From NCBI GenBank assembly GCA_030390025.1, contig CM059436.1, positions 81,654,001 through 81,718,000 on the forward strand: a stretch of 64,000 bases of DNA. Direction: 5' to 3'. This DNA is from Squalus acanthias. Its lineage: Eukaryota. Positions 50,645 to 63,116 of the stretch are shown here, piece by piece. Below the pieces are notes generated by a model. The model saw only the letters and a list, made by a program, of their open reading frames with translations, was not told the origin of the DNA and did no database searches. Each line of letters begins with the position of its first letter. Positions within the stretch are counted from its first letter, which is position 1. Both the position numbers and the translations under genes were made by a program.

Positions 50645-51000
50645 TTACATAGAATTTACAGCACAGGAGCAGGCCATTTGGCCCAACTAGTTATACTGGT
50701 GTTTACTACTACAACAGCAACAACTTTTATTTGTATAACACCTTTTAACATAGTAAAACTTCCCAAGGCACGTCACTGGAGCGTTATCAATCAAAATTTG
50801 ACATCGCCATATAAGGAGATACTAGGGCTGGTGGGTTCCACATTCTCACCAGTCTGAATAAAGAAGTTACACCTGAATTCTTTATTGGATTTATTTATGG
50901 TCCTTTGTTTTGGATTCCCCCCATAAGTGGAAACTTTTTTTTGTCTACCCTATCTAATCCCTTCATAATTTTAAAGACCTATCTGGTCACCTCTCGGTCG
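50645..51000 (-). mobile_element. CR1 3' fragment with a nested L2 tail (about 50710-50825)
   Basis: CR1 tail motifs on both sides of a segment matching the L2 tail at 44018. Confidence 0.65.
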
Positions 51001-51190
51001 CCTTTTTTGTGTTGAGCAGCCAGATTTCTTTGTGAAATTATTTCTATGTGTCACCTCCTTTGTTAATGACTACAATTTCATGTAGTCTCATTTAGGACCT
51101 TAATCAATTCTGAGTTTACCTTCAGTTGACTTGTCAGTGTCAGTTGCCACTGTTCTTATTACTAATTTCCACCAAAATTGCTTTTGACAT

Positions 51191-51765
51191 CGGGCTAAAA
51201 ATTGACGGAAATTGAGTGGTAGCCCCGCCTCCCTCTTGGGGTGCTGCGAGGGAATATCACGGCGCTATGTGCTGCGGTATTGCAGGCCTTCCTCCCCTTC
51301 TTAAAGGGGAGGGGCCTTGCGCAGCGCGACCCGGGGCCCAGCTGGGCCCCCGGAGATCGGGAGTTCCGGCAAAAGAGCCCGACACTCGGAATGCCGGGCT
51401 CATGAAGCGCAGCCGGCACTCCGCGGGGGACAGGAGCGGAGGCAGGTGCTGGCAGGTAGCCAGCAATAAAAATGGCTGCCCCACACCTCGCCTTTAAATA
51501 GTGCCTCCCCGGCCGCAGGTAGGCCCCCCTGACCCCGTCAGACATGGCGTCTGGCGGTAAGTCAGGGGACGCGCCAGAATATCGCAAACGGCGCTGCGCA
51601 CGGCGATGACTTCATCGGCGGCGCAGCGCCACGGGGCGCTACCGGTTACCACCGCCGCTAACCTCCCGCTGAATTTCGCGGGAGGCAGTGCCGTGCCCAG
51701 GCACTAGTTGCTTCGCGGCCCGTTAGCGCCCAACTGGAGGCGCAAAGCAACCGAATTATTCCCCC
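51191..51765. mobile_element. GC/CpG-rich element related to 45436-46096, in opposite orientation
   Basis: Ends cgggctaaaaattg / ccgaattattccccc, CAT on both flanks; shares motifs ttaaaggygaggtg and ggcccytcccttt with the first copy as reverse complement. Confidence 0.65.
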
Positions 51766-51991
51766 CATATCTGGTCTTTTTGATAGTTATATCAACCCTA
51801 GTCATTATCACTTGGCTCAGCTTATTCGGCCATCTTTCGTGAAACATTCTGTTCTCTTTTTGCTGCAACTCTTCTCCATTGTGTTTAATTTTTTGTGAAG
51901 CCAATAATGTCTATTGTTGCAAGTTTTTTTTCTCTTTATTACATTAATATAAAATAGTTTATCCTTGAGCATCTAGTAATTGAGGATTACA

Positions 51992-52083
51992 TTTCTGACG
52001 AAGGGTCCCCGACTCTCAACGTTGACTCTGCTTCTCTCTCTTCGATGCTGTCTGACCTGCTGAGTGTTTCCAGCATTTTCTAT
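51992..52083 (+). mobile_element. Second Penelope-like hammerhead relic
   Basis: CTGACGA-a-gggtc-ccc-gactc-tcaa-cgtt-gact followed by gatgctgtctgacctgctgagtgtttccagca, homologous to 44667. Confidence 0.65.
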
Positions 52084-52993
52084 TATATTTACATTTCTTT
52101 CTTTACCCTAAAAATTCCTTCAGTCTCTTGGTCCTTCTAATTCTGGTGTAATGAGTACTGATCATTTTGTGTTTTTTAAGCAACGTTGATCATTAATATT
52201 GCTTATGAAATCACACAATACTAAAAAAAAAAGGCACTCATCTGATCTTTGCAAAAAGTTCAAAAATGATTGTTTCAGTATAATGTCTTGTGGTTAGAAT
52301 TTCTTTGTCAATAATTTTGTTGCTTCAAATGTAGGTGGCTGTGAGCAGGAGGTTGATAAGCAATCTGCTGCACTAGAGAGTTTTGGAAGGAGTGTTTCCA
52401 TCCATGATTCTGAATATTGTCAAGTTTCTGATCCAGTGGAACATAGGTGTATCCCACAGGGAGAGAGGAAGAAAATCAGCAGATGAGTTGCTCCCAGCTG
52501 CTCTCTCATCACCTAGCAATGTATTTGGGCAGCAGTGATGAAGGCCTGGGAGCAGGTCAGATAGCCACTGTCTTAGCTGTGAAATAATGCATGGTGTGGG
52601 AAAACATAAAAGCAAGAGCAATTGCCAAATGGGTCATAAAGTTACTTTAGGGTAACTTATTGTAGAGTCATTTACTTTCTTTACATTGCACACAGTTCTT
52701 ATTTTGTGTGAAGCCACTTTTAAGAGAAATCTGAAGGCTCAAAAGTTACAAATTCTAATTGTTCAGTATTGCCTTCTAACTTGTTTTGAATTCTGTTTGG
52801 ACTGTAGCTTCCATCTTACATGATATGTAGATGTTAAGCTTATGTAAGCAAGGGTGCATGTTTATACTTGTATAAGCAAGGTTACATAGTATGGCAATTT
52901 TTTTGAAGTATGGGCACAACAGTGAACTGCTGTACTCATACTATCTTGCATAACTAATAAGTGGCACAATCACTTGCCATTTTTATCTTTCAG

Positions 52994-53033
52994 TTGGCTC
53001 ATGTGGCTGCTTTGAAGGTGAATGGCGATAAAG
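52994..53033 (+). CDS. GPCPD1: GPCPD1 exon 14 (LAHVAALKVNGDK)
   Basis: cag acceptor, AAG|GTACAT donor, 40 nt; keeps phase with exon 15. Confidence 0.9.
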
Positions 53034-55213
53034 GTACATATAGAGTTGGAAAGTTTCAAAGGTTCCACATGACATTTTGATTTAATAGTTATGTTTTAGA
53101 ATTGTATCTTGGAAATCCTTATAAAAGCTGTCCTACTAATAGTCTTCCAAATGACAATCTAGAAAATGGATGTTCTTTTTGAACCAGTTTTAAAACACGT
53201 TGTTTAATTCTTTTGTGAATTACAGTATATCTACATCAATAACAAGACTGCTTTTTGTTCTAAGAATGCTTTGAATTCAAAAGTATTCTTTTGGTTTTGT
53301 ATATCTCTCATTCTATTTTGCATGTAAATTCAGTCAGGAATGCAAATCTTATTTTTGGCAATTATTTGAAAAGATCTTTCATACTTGGAAATAAATACAT
53401 ACTTAACCAAATTATACTAACACTATTACTTCACATGGAGCACACTTGTTGTCGGTATCTATAATGCTAGCCAGTGATGGAAATCAACAGATCTTAAACT
53501 GCAAAAAGAAAGCCCAATAAAATTCACTGATTTTAAAAAAATCAAATTGTTGAAATGATTTCAAGGCTGTGATCTCATCTTGGAGTTCAGGTGCCTGCTA
53601 TAAACCTCTAAATCTTCATTATTGCAGTTTGATATTTTCTGAACCCCTCAGATTATTGTCTTGCAATTACTAGCAAGTATCCATTCTCAGTTTATTACAG
53701 TAAGATTCAGAATCTAAAATCTATACTAATGAGCATTTTTTCATTACTATGGGGATCACGTGCATTGTTAAAGGCAAAAAAGGAGTTCATGTTTGTAATG
53801 TACCAGATTTATTTTAAGTTGAGTTATCACTTGGTTCTATTTGTTGTAGAGGTAATAAAACAAACCTGCCCAGTTTTGTCAGCCTTAAACATGCAGCTTG
53901 AGTCTGAGAAAAATGGCACATACATCTGGTGAGACCTATTAAGGTTTCATTTCTGCAGAATGGTAGAATGCTTTTTTTCCTCCGTTCTATCCCCTCATTG
54001 CCCTCAACTTTGATGTCTTGCTGAGTAGAATTCCACAGGCAGCAGTTACTCCCCCATCACCCACTTCCCCTTAACCAAGTGGCCATTATTCATGTGAGTT
54101 TTGATGGTGACTGTCACAAATTGTCTTGACCTGTTGCCCAAACACATGCATTTTTAGTAGGGTCATTGGCCATTGATCAGGAGTGGTAACCCCATGTCAA
54201 TTCTGTCCTCAATTAATGCGGGGTGCTCAGGCCAGCTGCAACATCTCTTCTGCCTCCGTCATCCCCATATTCCCAGCCCCTGCCCCATGTGAGGTCAGTT
54301 AACTCAGTGCAGACCAGTTGAAACTGAGACCCTAATGGTCTGTATTACTTTGGTCTGTATTGGCAGCTACTTGGAAAATTGAGTGCTTTGAATAAGTAGT
54401 ATTCCCCAGATTTTCCTTCCCCTTTAACTACCTCTAGTGTTTCTTTAATTTATTTTTGCACAACCATAATATAAATGGAATGTATAGTGAAGAAGAGTGA
54501 AATTTATTTTTGCTTGTGAATGACCTATGCAACTTGGTCGTGACTCTCTTGCTCAGCAGTAAGAGCAGTGAAATAAAAATATTTCATAGTTTACCATGAA
54601 AGATTGTCCATCATAGTCTTTCAGACATTATAGTTAAAAAGTTGCATTACACATTTTTTATATTAACGTTGGTTTGAGCTTCTGCTCGCCAACAGTGTTC
54701 CTATGTTTCCACTAAGGAAAATTGAAAGGCAATATTACCATCAGCCCCTCCCTAAAACCACCAGCTGCCTCTATTATCTATAAGATACCCATTGTCCATA
54801 GTTTAACACAAAAATTGTAATAGGATAATGTCATGGGAAGCTAGGTCACTTCTGAGTATACTGATCAAGGGATTGGAAATGCCATCAAACACACGAGTGA
54901 GTAATGAAATTAAATCATCAATTTCACTATATGAAACTAGTTCTTTTAAATTTTGCTTTGAAACAAAACATGTCTTGGGCAACAAATTAAATTAATTTCA
55001 TCCATCAACCTTTTGGCACCTTTTGAAAGCAAGTCTGCTTGAAACACATTGTCAAAGTTTCATGTTTTCATTAAATTGAATGCATTAGCTGAGTTTTATA
55101 TATTTAGTCTTTATTCTAACCATTGCTGTGTTTATCCATGATTTTCTAGGAAGATGTTTAAACTGATTTGTTCAAAATTCATGTCTGAGTTCTTTGATTT
55201 TTTAATTCCATAG

Positions 55214-55275
55214 AAAATTCAGTGGATGATGAAAATGATGTTTCAGAAAACCAGCCATTTCCTCCCTTGCAGCAG
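55214..55275 (+). CDS. GPCPD1: GPCPD1 exon 15 (ENSVDDENDVSENQPFPPLQQ)
   Basis: tag acceptor, CAG|GTACAT donor, 62 nt; SENQPFP motif. Confidence 0.94.
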
Positions 55276-55623
55276 GTACATAATTTGATGTACAAAATGT
55301 TGATTTATATAGAATGCCCAATAGGTAACTTTAGAACACCATTTCCATCCCTTGATTGAGGGACTACATGTGAGTTGTGAGGATGTTGATGAGTGGAATG
55401 AAAATGGTACTCCACTTTTACCATTTTTTTGTTTACATAGGTATTTTCTTTACATGATTAGAGTTTAATATATATTGTTTTTGCACTTTCAAGTTTCATT
55501 TACTTGTGAAATTAATTGCCTATTTTAGAAGCTGTTAATATTTATTTCTGAAATTTAATTTGCATTCTACTTTTTTGTGGATCACATTTTAGCATGAATT
55601 AAATATGTAATTTATCTTTTTAG

Positions 55624-55689
55624 GTTTTAGTATGTGTGCCTGAGCACATTGGATTCAACATTGAAGTTAAATGGCCCTATCAACAAAAA
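55624..55689 (+). CDS. GPCPD1: GPCPD1 exon 16 (VLVCVPEHIGFNIEVKWPYQQK)
   Basis: tag acceptor, AAA|GTAAGT donor, 66 nt; NIExK motif. Confidence 0.95.
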
Positions 55690-56376
55690 GTAAGTAATAT
55701 ATGTCCTCAGTAGCACAACATTGTGCCACTGTCTTTGTTGGGATGTGATCCGTCCAGCAGTCTGAAACTTATTTACAGTGTTAGCATCATCATAACCTGC
55801 TAAGTTCTAGGGCAGAACTTCACTTGCATTACTTGACAGTTTATCCATTCTTGATCAAGTCATTTGGTGGAGTAAATTGCAATTGTTGAATTTTATCAGA
55901 CTGGTGATTTTTGTATTGGATGTTGGGGAGAGGATACTGGGGAAAGGATACTAACATTGCTTACTTATTTGTCAACAATCACGGCCTTTTGTTAACTGAT
56001 CACAACATTGTATTACTTGATTTGTAGCATAGTACTTGGTCTGAATTTTTATATATATTTATTGTAATTGAATTGTTAACCTAAGCTCCATCATTCTGCA
56101 TAAACAAACGAGGTTTTCAGTTAATGGATATGGAAATTTAGGATGTTTACCACCTGTTGGACTAATAAAAGCATAGTCCTATAGACACTTAAATGCATGC
56201 AGAATGTTGTTGGACATCTTTAAGTAAAGTAATACATCCGCTTTCATTAAACGCTAAAGACTAATTTACAGGTTACTTTTATAACTACCATTCAGAAAAT
56301 GAAAGGGTATTTCAAGTTTTTAATGCACAGGAAAAGGCTTCAATCTGTAACTAAGCACAGTGGATTAGCAAGTATT

Positions 56377-56583
56377 GACTTGGCTTAGTTGGTAGCACTG
56401 TTGCCTCTGACTCAAGGTTGAGTGTTCAAGCCCTACTCCATTAATTGAGCAGGTAGTCGATGCTGACACTTCATTGCGGTACCAAGGGTGTGCTGCATTG
56501 TTGGAGGTGGCGTCTTTCAGATGCGATGTTAAACCAAAATCCCATTGCACTATTTGAAGAAGGGCAGGTGTCCTGACCAATAT
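56377..56583 (+). mobile_element. SINE 5' half, same family
   Basis: tggcttagttggtagcac box A, gttcaagccc box B, tgctgcattgttggaggtg core. Confidence 0.72.
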
Positions 56584-57095
56584 TCTTTCATGCATCTTTG
56601 ACACTTGCTTTTAAATCTAGCATAGACTTTGTGAGATTAACAGTTCCTCTTTGACCCTAGTGGGAAATTAACTTAAGAAATATGAACCCAATAGGCACAA
56701 GTCTGCAGCACAAAACTGATTGCAGTTCTGCACTATTCCACTAAATAAGCAATTTTGTTGAGAGGCTATGAAGATAGCTGGTGTGGGAGTCTGTTATTGC
56801 AGCAGAAGGAAATTGGAGGAAGGAATTAGCAAAATAGATTCATGACCTAGTTTATTTTTCAAACTCTGCTGTTTTTCAGTTTTCAATCATGAATGCTTGG
56901 CATGGCTTGCAAGTCACTGTAATGTCGGACAAAGAATGATTCTACTTACCATGTTTTACACTGTTTTATTTGAGGTCGCACTTTATGCACTGCTTATATG
57001 CTGTTTTTAATTGTATTGGTTGTCTACAGAAACTAAAACAAGTTTAAAAATGTTACATACATGCATAATAATTGTGTATTTTCCCCTGTTAATAG

Positions 57096-57232
57096 GATGG
57101 TACCTGGGAGGGCAACATGCCAACCTATTTGGACATGAATCAAGCTATTGATATAATCCTAAAATGTGTCTTGGAAAATGCATCTAATCGAAGAATAGTA
57201 TTCTCCTCGTTTGTTGCTGATGTCTGTTCAAT
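57096..57232 (+). CDS. GPCPD1: GPCPD1 exon 17 (DGTWEGNMPTYLDMN...RRIVFSSFVADVCSM)
   Basis: tag acceptor, AT|GTAAGT donor, 137 nt; SSF motif. Confidence 0.95.
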
Positions 57233-58329
57233 GTAAGTTTATTTTTTGATATTTGAAATTAATATTTTTTCCTTGTTGGCAGTGCAGCCTAATCCAGTCC
57301 AACAAAACAGACATATCCAATGTACACATGCGCACACTTGCAGCAGACAAAAGACAGGAGTAGCAACTGTAGCTGATTTTTAGTTTTCCACCCATCATTA
57401 ACCCAGGCATCCATTTACTCCTCTTCCCTTTCCTTTTCTCCTTCCCAAAGGGAAAACATGTATATTTGAGACTGGAAAAACTTGGCATTTGGGGAAAGCC
57501 ACATATGAATATCAAGACTTGAGATTGGAATTTGATTCTCCCGTTCAAGAACCTAAGCATTTTGTATGGGAATTGTAGTGCTGCCAAAGTACTTTATGGC
57601 ACACAAGTGTTAAGTTATCAACTTTTCAACAAGATTATTACTGCATTTGGTGGTTAAATCAGTATGTTGATCAGTTTTTTGTTGACTAATTTGAATGTAA
57701 ATGAGACAGATTATCTTGCTAGAGAAAATTGAATTTATATAGCACTTTTCACCTCTGGTTGCCTCAAGTACTTAACCAATAAATTACTTTTCTGAAGTGT
57801 AGTCACTGCTTTTGTGTACATTTTATGTGTAGTTGATGTTTTATGTACTCGTTTTAAGTCAGCTAATTTTAGAATACTGTCTAATACTGGAATTTCCTAA
57901 TATCTAATATGTCTTTCAGAAGCAAAATTAATTTTATTTCCTCTATTTTGCAAGCAAAATCAACCATTTTCTTCAAGTACAATCTAAGCCACTAATTCAT
58001 CAAATTATTTTCAGAATTCTTCAAATTCCTGTGTTGATGACTAAATTGCTCTCATTGTAAACTTGAACTGCCAGAAGTGGTTAACAAGTTAAATAGTGTG
58101 CCATCAGTGCCAGACATAAAATATTCCTGTCACCAGTAGCACACTATGATATAAAAGAAACACATTTTGTGCTCTTCTCAGTACCTAGAACCTGAATATT
58201 TGAGGGTCCTAATAAAGTAGGTTGGAGGCACCGCACATTACTGCCTCTTTCCCATTAGTCCTCGGACAAAGGAGAGAGTTAATGTTTTTTTCTTCCAAAG
58301 TTAAATACTTAACAATTTTATTTTTCTAG

Positions 58330-58465
58330 GATCAGGCAGAAGCAAAACAAATATCCAGTTCTTTTCTTGACCCAAGGCTATTCTAACATCTATCCAGAGC
58401 TTATGGATCTCCGATGCCGAACCACACCAATTGCAATGAGTTTTGCACAATCTGAAAACATTCTG
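58330..58465 (+). CDS. GPCPD1: GPCPD1 exon 18 (IRQKQNKYPVLFLTQG...AMSFAQSENIL)
   Basis: tag acceptor, CTG|GTAAGT donor, 136 nt; KQNKYP motif. Confidence 0.96.
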
Positions 58466-58585
58466 GTAAGTACCGGCCCTGTATGTTTCCATGTACCCAA
58501 GCAAGAGTACTGTGTTTAATATTATGCTTTCAAATAACTTAATTTCCTTGTTCCATTACTTAAACTTTTTGTTTTCTGTTAAAAG

Positions 58586-58746
58586 GGAGTCAATGTTCAT
58601 GCAGAGGACTTGCTGCGAAATCTGGACTATATTCAACAAGCCAAGTCAAAAGAATTGGTCATTTTTTGCTGGGGCGATGATACCAATGAGTCTGAAAACA
58701 GGAGAATACTGAAGCAGAATGGAATTGATGGCCTGATCTACGACAG
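58586..58746 (+). CDS. GPCPD1: GPCPD1 exon 19 (GVNVHAEDLLRN...CWGDDTN...GIDGLIYDR)
   Basis: aag acceptor, AG|GTAAGA donor, 161 nt. Confidence 0.96.
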
Positions 58747-58846
58747 GTAAGATCAAAGCAGTGAAATTGAATTGGATGAAAATTTTATATTGCTGTAAGA
58801 TGTTAAAATGGATGAATGCTCATCACTGGGAAGAGTAATTCTTTAT

Positions 58847-59170
58847 TGTTTTATTATGCATTCTCGGGATGTGGATGTCGTTGGCAGGGCCAACATTTAT
58901 TGCCCATCCCTAGTTGGCCTGAGGGTGGTGGTGGGCCACTTTCTCAAACCGCTGTTAGTGGTTTGATGCAACAGAGTGGCTTATTATGCCATTTCAGAGG
59001 ACAATTAAGAGTCCACCACGTTGGTGTGGGACTGGAGTCATATATAGGCCAGACCAGGTAAGTACTTCCTTCCGTAAAGGATATTGGCGAACCAGTTGGG
59101 TTTTTACCACAATCCGACAGCTTTATGGTCACTGATACCAGATTTTTAAAACTGCATTCAAATTCTCATT
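58847..59170 (-). mobile_element. Short retroposon (LINE-tail-bearing SINE-like element)
   Basis: atttattgcccatccctagttg tail; body motifs partly repeated at 24013-24190 (gagtggctt, ttcc..taaagga). Confidence 0.55.
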
Positions 59171-59201
59171 CATTCAGAGTTCAGGTACAAATAAATATGT
59201 C

Positions 59202-59923
59202 TGCAGTGGGAATTCTTCATCTTCAGGTTCGGTTTCAGTTGCAATTGCCTGCTAATTTTGTTCTTTAAAATGACATTGTCAAGTGCACAACTGATCTTCA
59301 ATATAGCAACTTTCTGGATGAGAGCTAACCTCAAAGAATGCTGCAGTGACGTCAACAAGCTGTCTAAGCAGCCAATCGCATTGAAGAATTCTCAGACATC
59401 AAACCAGGAAATGGAAAGCACTGAATTATTTGCACTTTAAAAAAAAAAGTTCGTGAAATAAAGGTTGGGACATGCACTGGGGTTAAAGTAGAAGCTGAAA
59501 TATCATGAACAAACTTTAAAAAAAAAAAAAATCATTTTTAATCATAATGGAGAAATTTGACACTCCACTATAAAAATTTGTTTCAGGGCCAGAACGGTTG
59601 TTTAGCAGTCAATACACGGTTAAAACCCCAGTTGCACCTATTCCAACATGGCTTAACATTTAATGGGGTATTTAACAGCGATATTAGAGTGAAAAGCTCA
59701 AGTTTCGTCAGTTCCACTGATTTTACGGATTGCTGGCAATGGTGGTGGTGGGGGAGAATGGGGGTCCACAGCACAGCCTGTGTCAGAACAGTGAATAACT
59801 GACCGCAACTTTAGGATTTCTGAATTTACATGTGTTAAATCCTGAAATTACTGCCAGTTTCAGAGGGTTAATGACGATAAACGCTGACTGTTTGCCAGCA
59901 TTACCCACTGCAAAATCCAGGCC
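59202..59923. mobile_element. Degraded TIR-type element of similar architecture
   Basis: Right end cccactgcaaaatccaggcc; remnant inverted match tgcagtggg at 59202-59210. Confidence 0.35.
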
Positions 59924-62689
59924 AATAAAGCCCTGGAAATGATGCAGAGAAGTGCCACGAGACTGAGCCCTAACATCGGGATGAACTGTGAGGAAAAACT
60001 GACATGTCAGAGAGCATCATTTCTATTGCCCACGATAAAATGTAGAATATCCGTATCATCAAAAATTAGGTACAAAATAAAGGCTATCAAATATGTATTG
60101 CCTTCAACTATGTCTAGAATAATGCCCTTAATCTGCAGCATGGCTATTACACAGAAAATGTACTGCCAAGAAAACAGACTTAATTAAAAAGGCTCTGCCT
60201 GCTGACATTTTGTGGTGCATGTTTGAACACACAAGATAAAAACCTCTTCTCCAAGTACATTATGTAGTTGTTCACTTGTGCAATAGTATAAATTGATCAC
60301 CACTGTAGGTAATGAAACAAATGACTTAAATTGTGGCAGCAAGATCATCTTACTTCCAGCTTTGGCCCTTACAATTGACATTTCATGATAGCCCAGCACC
60401 ACTCATTTCTTTGTTGTTCAGTTTGAAGCCTCAGCTCTCTTCCATCCACTGTTTCTGATAAAAATCAAAGCCTTATTTGTATTATATTATGTTGCCACTG
60501 ACTCGAGTGCTTGTGGCCATCCATTGAATGTACCCAAGGTATTGTATCCATCTTGTTTGAATTCTGTCAGCCAGAATATTTTCCATATTGATTTGTCACC
60601 TGATCTTGTAGTCTGCTTGCACCCAATCTTTTCCACAAGCAGAACATTTTGTTTATCATTTATCTTTAATGCCCACACCTCACTGTCATAAAGTATAAAT
60701 GGGGCAGAGTGTTATTGAAAAAGCCTCGACTTAAGTGACACCAATAGCATTTTTGATTTCCAGATATTATCAAGCTTTTTCTATTGTCCTCTTGCAACTG
60801 AGTGCACCTGAGTAGACACCAATCTGTTTTTAGCTTGTGATTATTTACACTTTTTCTCCAGAGATTCTTTCAGTCTCCTGCCAAAGTTAAAGCAGGACAC
60901 TGGGAGTACCCCTGCAAAATATCCAGGCCTATCATTTTTCAGCATTCACACAGCCTGAAATTTCTGTTCCCAGTATCGACTGCTTTTGCAATAATCTACA
61001 GGTCACCATCATCTACAATGTCACATCATCTTGAAATTCAAAATTATAATTTTGTCTACAGCAGTAATGATAAGATTGTTGTCCATTCCAAATACATGAC
61101 CATCGCATTGAACAACTAAAACGATAGTGAATATCCTTACCTCACTTGTAGCTTGTTTCAAACCAGACTATGAACTCACTTTCAGTATTTGAGGTGCTTT
61201 GTGAAATACTGTAGAACTTTTCAATGAGACAGTCAAGTCTTTCTTACAGTTTGGAAGCCGTTATTATTATAACCAAAGCTTTTTGTCAAAAGAAGTCAAA
61301 GACTTGCTTAAAGTAAGAACTTGCATTTATCGAGCCCCATTTATGATCTCCGGACGCCCCAAAGTGTTTCACAGCCAATTAAGTACTTTTGAAGTGTAGT
61401 TACTGATGTAATATAGGAAAATATGGCAGCCAATTTGCACATAGTCAATAAAATTGTTCCAAGAATAACCAAATCACAATTTGGGGATATACTTCTGATA
61501 TTGCTGCAAAAATTCTGTTTGTTTTTATTTATTTCATTGTACCACCTTTAAATAGTGAGAGGAAAAGAGCAGTAAGTTTGTGATGAGAACATTTTTCTAA
61601 ACCGTTTATATTTTAAAAAGAGCTTAATACTCATGCTATTGATTAAGACTTTTATCGGGTAATGTCTTTGAACCAAAGCCATGCAGCAAAGTAATCAACT
61701 AATCTTTCAGTTTACTGCATTTGGCAGTTGTAGCATTTCTTGCGCTTAAAGCCTCTGTGTCGCAAATGTATCTTTTTTACATGGAGTTTTGTAAAGCAGC
61801 TGGTGGGAGGAGGTTGTTTCTGAGGGTTTAAGAATGGCTTGAGCAGAACATATTTGGAATGTTTTAGCTGATCCACGTCTCTAATTTTGCATAGAAAATT
61901 TACATTAACCAATCACAGGTTAAGACAGGTGAGGGTCATGGCTATAAAATCGAATAGATTCTGTGCAGATTTCATCTTTGTATTTCAAATATATCCTTAA
62001 TCAGCCTGTATTCTGGTTTGTTTATACTTCCAACATCTTGAGATAAAATTAATTGTCCCAGTAATCCTTTGACAGTGAGGTATGGGCATTAAATTCCATT
62101 GTTGGTATAAATGCTTGGAGTTATGTATGTTGTGTAGAAGATTTTAGGTTGCACATTCCTTTAAGTCTAACATTCCTATAATAATTATGTGCCCACGGCA
62201 TTACCTTTTTCCCCTGTTCCTCCTCTTCAATAGTTACTCAGTTTCTTTCTTCTCTCCCAATTTTCACTTTTGTTGTGTATTTGGGTCCTTTTCCTTTATA
62301 CATTGTTCAAACTTTTTTTTTCTAACACTAACACCTTTTGCCACTTTCAAAATTACTAACTGTAGAGTGAGCCAATGAGGTCCTGAAATTATCCAAATAC
62401 TGATCGTTATGCTGACCATAAAAATAAATTGCCAATCTTTTCCACCAGATTTTATTTCTCGCCACCATTTTATCAGATAGTATCTTGGGATCTTTCCACA
62501 TTACAATGTTTCATAAATATTTTAATTTTGAACTCAACAGCCCTGTTACCTATCGGGCAGTATCCTACGTACTCTTTATAATGAATGTCCTTTTAATTAA
62601 ATTTTAAAATGCAGTTTAATAGAGTAGGTGCATTGTCATTTTTGTTTAATTCTTCGCTGCTATAAAGTTCCACACCAATACCTCCCAAA

Positions 62690-63010
62690 ACTGGCTAGGC
62701 TTCATATGTGAGCCATGGCAGTGAGTGTTGGTGAGTTATTCAACTGTGGTATGCACTGATTCCGAGCCTGATCTTGAATCCTCACCAGACATCCACAAAG
62801 TCACCTTTTCCAGCAGCCATCATGGAATAGTAAGCAGAGATTGTGGCTGTTTTTTTCCCCTTCCTCTCAAGTCCAGTGGCATTAAGGACTATGGTCAATT
62901 GTAGTGCTCACCCTGGCTGAAATCGGCTAACTCAGCATACACTGGAGCTTGAAAGCGAGATCTTCCTGATCTTTATTAAGCTATGTGTTCTTGTAACTAG
63001 CTGAACCATT
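62690..63010 (-). repeat. Old interspersed SINE-like family (other copies near 4540-4745, 29780-30030, 54030-54360)
   Basis: Recurrent motif ctgaRatcRgYtaaYtcag...cagac and tcatgtgag in the same order. Confidence 0.5.
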
Positions 63011-63116
63011 CATTTCTAAATTTCAATAATGTTTCAGCATGTTAACTAGGAATATTTTTGATGCGGAGAATATTTTAGCATACTGTGAAGTTGTTAAATA
63101 TGTTTATTTTAAACAG

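Noticed and set aside
51195-51587. 130-aa ORF and CpG-rich block as a separate gene or promoter
   Set aside because: Within a repeat related to 45436-46096; low-complexity Pro/Ala/Arg translation
59940-61300. Possible decayed transposase or coding relic on the minus strand
   Set aside because: Only short ORFs and no diagnostic motif; cannot be supported without a profile search
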